A stretch of 27,595 nucleotides of DNA, taken from a virus (lineage: Duplodnaviria; Caudoviricetes). Of this stretch, positions 22,811-27,595 are shown one piece after another. A model generated the notes under the pieces. That model saw nothing but the letters and a program-made list of their open reading frames with translations, made no database searches and was not told the DNA's origin. Numbering within the stretch: position 1 is the stretch's first letter; each line of letters opens with the position of its first letter. Location: IMG/VR virus record IMGVR_UViG_3300017707_001118, positions 1 through 27,595 of that record, one strand, 5' to 3'. The position numbers and the translations under genes are program-made.

Positions 22811-24588
22811 TGAGGCACCTCGGCTGGCAGAGTGTCGACAGATCCATCCTTTGCGTCATCGATGAGTGCTTGTGCGTTGGCGTCGTTCATGCCGATCGAT
22901 GACAGGAACACCTTGGCAGTTGCTTCGCCGATGACTCCGTTGGCGAGATCGTCCAACGTCTTGGCGATCGCTTTGCGGTTGCGGTTGAACTGGAGAGTTG
23001 ACAGGCCCATCATCTCGCCGCTTCCGATCGGTGTTGGCTCGCCGGGAGCCGCCATCGAGGATTGAGCCGCTGATACGTCGACCTGCTGCTGCTGCAAGGT
23101 CTTGAGCCCGAGCTGCTCCATGAGGCGACGCTCTTTGGATTGCTGGTAGAACACCGATCGCCATGACTTGCCACGCTGACCGAGTTCGGTCTGGTAGGTG
23201 GACATAAAATTCTCGATCGCGTCCTTTGCAGCGGCCTGCTCGGATTGAGGATCGACCCATTCCCACTCTGGCGTCTGCCACTCCACCGGAACGGCTCTGC
23301 GACGCTCACTAAGCAGATCGGCGGAGGAGGGGAACGCCGGCAGGGAGCTAAGTGCTGCAGCGTCGCAAAACGCGTCCCAGGTGGGTTGGAGGAAGTGCCG
23401 AATCAAATACTGCTGCCAGCATCGGAATCGACGACGATCCTCAAGCTGGCTGGTTCTGGACGAACTGTAGGAGGTTCCGCTGTAGTCGCGAGCGACCGTC
23501 TCGTAGGACAGGCCGGTTCCAACCGCGATGCCTCGGAGTATTAAAGCGATCCACGGTTCTGCTCCGGCAGTCGGTCGGCCTGGGTTGATGCCCTCAACCG
23601 ATTCGCCTGGCGACAGTCGGACGATCTGGCCTGGTTCGAGGTAGTCGAGCTTGTTGCCTGCCGCGTCAACAGAATCTCCACCGTCGGGATCGGAGAGCGA
23701 TCCGATGGGTGTTTCAGTCTTGATGGCGACAGTGAAGCAGGATGCAACCGCGGAGGCTTGTAGCTCGTTGTCCACGTAGGTGCCGAGGTCGCGAATCCAG
23801 CTCAGTGCCGGTGCGAACCAGGAGACGCCTCGCGTCTGACCGATGCGATCGTGGCGATAAAGGTGCAGGATCTCATTGGCGGGGATTCGCTCAGGTGTGC
23901 GAGTGAATGCCCACGGTTGGAGCGGGTGATCCTTGTAGATCCAATAAGCAACTGGTCGGCCAAGATCGTCGAGTTCGACGCCTCGGACGATGCGGTTCCC
24001 GGTCGTGTTGTCGAGGTGTGCTGCGTAGTTGTCTTTGTCGCCAGCGAGTCGATCCGCCTCGATTAGCTCAAGTGCCAATGGGACGGGTCGATAGATGCCT
24101 CGGTATTCGCTCGATGGAAGTCGGACAATGCGAATCAGCACTTCGCCAGCTTCGACGATTTCACGCTGTGCCAGCGATTGCATTTCGTCGAGCGTGTACT
24201 GGCCGTTGATCTCGCAGACTTCGGACCACTCGGCCCAGATCTTGTCTCGCTCGTCGTTGATAGATTCGACGTCGTCGCCCTGTGGTGTCTCAAAGGTCGA
24301 TTGTGCCTTGATCCCACAACCAACCACAGAGGAAACGATCGTATCGACGACGCCCCAAGCGTAGGCGTTGTTGCGAACAAGGTCGCGGCCCCACGCTCGA
24401 AGTCGGTCGGCTCCGAATGGACCAAGCAGTTCCTGGTCGGCTGGGTTGTTCTTTGGGATGCGGTTGCTGCTGACTCGCGATGGCTCGGCACCTTGGTAGG
24501 AACGCATCAGCTTTCGAGCCTGCAACCGACGGACGCCAGCAAGCGGATCGATGGCAGAAACAATGGAATCGATCAGTCCTGCGATCAT
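22807..24588 (-). CDS. Portal protein, lambda gpB family
   Basis: LR...RDLVRNN.YA, GVE.D..GRPVAYW, RIGQ.RGVSW.AP, DYS.TSYSS.R, W.WVDP..E. Confidence 0.93.
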   Translation of the reverse strand: MIAGLIDSIVSAIDPLAGVRRLQARKLMRSYQGAEPSRVSSNRIPKNNPADQELLGPFGADRLRAWGRDLVRNNAYAWGVVDTIVSSVVGCGIKAQSTFETPQGDDVESINDERDKIWAEWSEVCEINGQYTLDEMQSLAQREIVEAGEVLIRIVRLPSSEYRGIYRPVPLALELIEADRLAGDKDNYAAHLDNTTGNRIVRGVELDDLGRPVAYWIYKDHPLQPWAFTRTPERIPANEILHLYRHDRIGQTRGVSWFAPALSWIRDLGTYVDNELQASAVASCFTVAIKTETPIGSLSDPDGGDSVDAAGNKLDYLEPGQIVRLSPGESVEGINPGRPTAGAEPWIALILRGIAVGTGLSYETVARDYSGTSYSSSRTSQLEDRRRFRCWQQYLIRHFLQPTWDAFCDAAALSSLPAFPSSADLLSERRRAVPVEWQTPEWEWVDPQSEQAAAKDAIENFMSTYQTELGQRGKSWRSVFYQQSKERRLMEQLGLKTLQQQQVDVSAAQSSMAAPGEPTPIGSGEMMGLSTLQFNRNRKAIAKTLDDLANGVIGEATAKVFLSSIGMNDANAQALIDDAKDGSVDTLPAEVPQ

Positions 24589-24800
24589 CGGCGATGCCTC
24601 GACAGCTTGCCAAGGGAAAAGCCGCCTGATCCGCTCTCTCGCACGACCTGGTTCTGCAACATGCGACGCTCTTCGAAGAGGCTCGCAAGGTCGAGTTTGG
24701 TAACGCTCCGCGATCCAATGGAATAAGACGACGCACCTCCGGTGAGAAGTGCTTCGATCGCAGCGTCAATCTGTGTGAGTAGGCTTGCAGCGGATGCCAT
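24585..24800 (-). CDS. gpW-like head completion protein
   Basis: L..IDAAI..L..G..SYSIG.RS.T..DL..L...R..L, located between TerL and portal. Confidence 0.8.
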   Translation of the reverse strand: MASAASLLTQIDAAIEALLTGGASSYSIGSRSVTKLDLASLFEERRMLQNQVVRESGSGGFSLGKLSRHRR

Positions 24801-24873
24801 GCATCAAGGATCACATGGCATGCCTGGTGCGTCTATTTGCAATTGCTATGCAGGTTGCAAACGTAGAAAAACT

Positions 24874-25101
24874 TTATCCTTCCTGTGCCCAGGTGTTGCC
24901 GCACATGCCGCACCGACAATAACGAATCGATCCGTGCTTGCTGTACACTCGCACGTAGCTCTCGCCTGGCTTTCGACGCGTTACGCACAACGTGCAATCG
25001 CGTGGCATGAATCGACGAGGCTCAATCGGAACCTCGGCGACGGGTGCCTCGATCGTTTGCGTTTCTTGTGACTCCTGTGGTCGCTGTTTCTTCCTTGCCA
25101 T
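24874..25101 (-). CDS. Small Zn-ribbon protein, Ogr/Delta-like
   Basis: Start MARKK (25101, TGATG overlap, GAGGAG upstream). CTLC...RVYS.....RYCRCGMCGNTW. Confidence 0.6.
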   Translation of the reverse strand: MARKKQRPQESQETQTIEAPVAEVPIEPRRFMPRDCTLCVTRRKPGESYVRVYSKHGSIRYCRCGMCGNTWAQEG

Positions 25102-27329
25102 CACCCTCTCCTCTTTGGTATCCACCCACCCTGACGTTGCTTGAATCGAGTTCCGTGCTGATGCCTGGACTCGACCGGCTTCGATTGCTTCTGCTTCTCG
25201 GCTTGCTGCTTTGCCTGAATCTCGATCTCCGATGGAGCGATGAGCTTGACTCCGCACGCTTCACCGGCTGCCGCTGCCATGTAGGTAGCATCGAGCCAGT
25301 GATTGTTATCGTTGCGAACGGCCCAATACTGCTTGGTTCCCTTGCCTTCCTTGAACTCGCTGACGAACTCCTCAGCGGTTATGTGCTGGCTGTAGGACGC
25401 GTGCCGCTGCGATCCGTCGAGCGTGAACAACGACAGAGATCCTCGACGCAGCATGTTTTGCTCGTCAAATGTCGGCGTCAGGAATCGCTCGTGAACGAAC
25501 TGCTTCCAGTAGGCTGTATCGAGTTCGTAGAGCCATACTCCAGCGGATGTGAGACGGCTGGCGTGCATGTTGGCACCGGCAATGATTGTGGCCGTGTTCG
25601 CCTTCTTTGGTGTGTAGGGTTGATAACCCTTGGACGGATGGAAGACGCCGCCAACTTCGCGACAGAACTGATAGGCCGCATTGGTGAACGACCCTGAGTC
25701 GACCATGCAGAAGTCCACCTTTCGCTCGGTTCCTGACCCGTCGACAAACTTCTTCTGGAGCAGCTCATCCCGCCAGTTCAGCAAAGCGTTGTAGATCGCT
25801 GGCTCGGAGGCTTCCGCGTCCATCCCTTTGTCGGTTCCGTACACCTCAGCAACACCGTAATCGACGACAACACCGCCGGCACCGTGCCACCAGGCCGTAA
25901 CGACCCAATGGCATCGGTACTTGCCAAGGTCGATCGCTGCGGTGAGTGCCGTTGCGTTGATTGGTAGCTGACGCCTAGCGAGTCCGCTCATCCGGGATTG
26001 CACGATCGCTGCGGTTAGCCCAGCTCCGACCGGACCGGATTCCTCTGGAGGATCGTTGTCGATCTCGGTCGCAACCGACTTAGGACCAACGTCAGCAACG
26101 CGGTTGTAGTAAGCATGGATCGCTGATAGTTCCAATGGCTCGCCATCGGAGTGCAGCTTTCGGGAGTAGCTGTTTGGGTTGCTGACGACACATCCAGCCT
26201 CGATGATCTTTCGGTTGTCACGCCAAAAACGATAGGCTTCGCGAGCATCTGGATCGTCGGGCTTTCTACTGCGACGCTGATCGATGTATTGCTCAACCAT
26301 ATCCATCCGGTCTGGAGGCTGTACCATCTTGCGGTATCGCTTGCCTCTCCAAGATGGCTTGATCTTTGGATCGGTGAATCGGTAGGCAATACAACGACGA
26401 TTTTGGCATGTGCACAGCATCACTCGCGGAATCCGTTCAGCACTGGCACCCAGTCCAGCAATGTCCGCTTCGATCACTTCCTCGTTCTTGGCAATGAGCA
26501 CATCGGACGCCGCTGCTTCGCGATCCTCGATGTCGTCGATGATTGCAAGCGTTGGACGCATCGATCGGAACTTGGTTCCTCGAACCGGACCATCGACGCC
26601 AAGGCAGTAGAGCACCTGGCCGCATGATGCAGGAACCACGCTCTCAGGCCAATCAGGCCCGAGCTGCCAACGCCCGATGGTTGGAAATGCGATGTGATCT
26701 GCTGCGAGTTCAATGTTGGTATTGACGCCTGATACAGTCTGCATGCGTGCTCGACTGGACCAACCGCCAACCGCTTGCATCGGAATGCCGATTTCCGGGT
26801 AGTCGGCAACGAAGAGTTCGTTCTGTTGCAGTTGCTCTTTGATGTCCTTGAGTTCCTGCTGCGACTTGCCTTGGCTTTTGCCAATGACGACCGGAAATGT
26901 GCTCATCCCCATCACCATCAAGTACAGTGCGGCTCTGGTCGCAATGGTCGTTTTTCCTTCTCCCCGAGGACCAGCGATCGCTTGATCTCCACCGTACAAA
27001 GCAGCATCTATGATGGATCGCAACATCGACTTCCTGTCACCTGTAAAAGCCTCGCCGAACTGACTTGCAAAATAGGTTGCGAGCCACATCTCAGGATCTG
27101 TTTCGGCCTTTAGTCTTCGCTCGACGCTTGCCGGCGGAGGGATCTTTAGATCGCGTAGCTTGGCTCGCTTCGCTTCTTTTCTAGCCTTGTCCGCCTCGGC
27201 CTCGCTTAGGCTTTCCGTTGTCTTTTGGAGTTTCGATGACAACGCTGGATGCGAGCTTAGCAAGCTCTCCAGCTGGTACACGTCGAGCGAGTTCAAGAAG
27301 CTGTAGTCGTCGCTCCTCAAGTCCAGCAT
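25101..27329 (-). CDS. terL: Terminase large subunit (lambda gpA-like nuclease domain)
   Basis: Walker A GPRGEGKTT, Walker B IIDDIE, nuclease AIDLG and VDSG, C-terminal NHWLDATYMA.AA. The real start may be downstream (e.g. TTG at 27242) given the overlap. Confidence 0.92.
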   Translation of the reverse strand: MLDLRSDDYSFLNSLDVYQLESLLSSHPALSSKLQKTTESLSEAEADKARKEAKRAKLRDLKIPPPASVERRLKAETDPEMWLATYFASQFGEAFTGDRKSMLRSIIDAALYGGDQAIAGPRGEGKTTIATRAALYLMVMGMSTFPVVIGKSQGKSQQELKDIKEQLQQNELFVADYPEIGIPMQAVGGWSSRARMQTVSGVNTNIELAADHIAFPTIGRWQLGPDWPESVVPASCGQVLYCLGVDGPVRGTKFRSMRPTLAIIDDIEDREAAASDVLIAKNEEVIEADIAGLGASAERIPRVMLCTCQNRRCIAYRFTDPKIKPSWRGKRYRKMVQPPDRMDMVEQYIDQRRSRKPDDPDAREAYRFWRDNRKIIEAGCVVSNPNSYSRKLHSDGEPLELSAIHAYYNRVADVGPKSVATEIDNDPPEESGPVGAGLTAAIVQSRMSGLARRQLPINATALTAAIDLGKYRCHWVVTAWWHGAGGVVVDYGVAEVYGTDKGMDAEASEPAIYNALLNWRDELLQKKFVDGSGTERKVDFCMVDSGSFTNAAYQFCREVGGVFHPSKGYQPYTPKKANTATIIAGANMHASRLTSAGVWLYELDTAYWKQFVHERFLTPTFDEQNMLRRGSLSLFTLDGSQRHASYSQHITAEEFVSEFKEGKGTKQYWAVRNDNNHWLDATYMAAAAGEACGVKLIAPSEIEIQAKQQAEKQKQSKPVESRHQHGTRFKQRQGGWIPKRRG

Positions 27330-27525
27330 GTTCTTTGGCCTCCAGTTCGTCCCTCTTCAAATCCAACGCGTCGGCAGCAATCAAAAGTTTCGCCGAATCG
27401 ATCATCAAGTCCGGATCGGCCAACGCTCCCATCAACGCCTTCACCACTTTTTTCTTGTCAACGTTCCATCCTTCCCGAATGGCTCGACTGACCAATCTCA
27501 CATCTCGTTTTCGTTCGAGTTCCAA
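27181..27525 (-). CDS. Hypothetical protein, candidate terminase small subunit
   Basis: Helical 114-aa ORF directly upstream of and overlapping TerL. TTG start with AAGGGG upstream. Call is positional only. Confidence 0.5.
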   Translation of the reverse strand: MELERKRDVRLVSRAIREGWNVDKKKVVKALMGALADPDLMIDSAKLLIAADALDLKRDELEAKEHAGLEERRLQLLELARRVPAGELAKLASSVVIETPKDNGKPKRGRGGQG

Positions 27526-27595
27526 GACTTCCCCTTACCCCCAACTAGGACCAAGACAGCAAGAAATTCTTACAAAAAACTAGGCTTCATCTTTC

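Larger units (their letters stand above)
1..27595 (-). mobile_element. Tailed phage (siphovirus-like) genome segment or prophage
   Basis: Co-oriented terminase, portal, protease/capsid, neck, tail tube, chaperones, tape measure, recombination and replication genes. No host housekeeping genes and no att/integrase visible. Confidence 0.97.

Noticed and set aside
1-27595. CRISPR array, integrase, endolysin/holin, reverse transcriptase/DGR
   Set aside because: No spaced direct repeats or corresponding protein motifs were seen. Lysis and integration genes may lie outside the window.

Overview
The window is a contiguous segment of a tailed dsDNA phage (Caudoviricetes, siphovirus-like) or prophage. 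All credible genes lie on the minus strand, tightly packed and often with overlapping start/stop codons. In transcription order (right to left) it holds: (1) a lambda-like packaging/head module (candidate TerS, gpA-type TerL, Zn-ribbon protein, gpW-like, lambda-type portal, protease-major capsid fusion); (2) neck and tail genes, with a -1 frameshift chaperone pair and a short 458-aa tape measure; (3) a 34-Cys tail-tip-position protein followed by an Erv1/ALR-like sulfhydryl oxidase domain fused to a GT4 glycosyltransferase; (4) a metallophosphoesterase, a small HExxH protein and an HTH gene flanked by twin sigma70-like promoters; (5) an early region with csrA, a RecE/RecT-like pair and a tRNA-like element with an enlarged anticodon arm; (6) a lower-GC cassette of IbrA-like PP-loop/PAPS-reductase protein, ParB-like protein, solitary EctC, IbrB-like ParB protein, a hypothetical and a stand-alone copy of the IbrA C-terminal motif; (7) a replication initiator with internal iteron-like repeats. 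Best candidates for undescribed systems: a phage-encoded disulfide-forming plus glycosylating module for a Cys-rich virion protein, the IbrA/ParB/EctC/IbrB cassette, and the tRNA-like RNA. No integrase, lysis genes or CRISPR array were recognised. All family calls are by-eye motif recognition, not database results.
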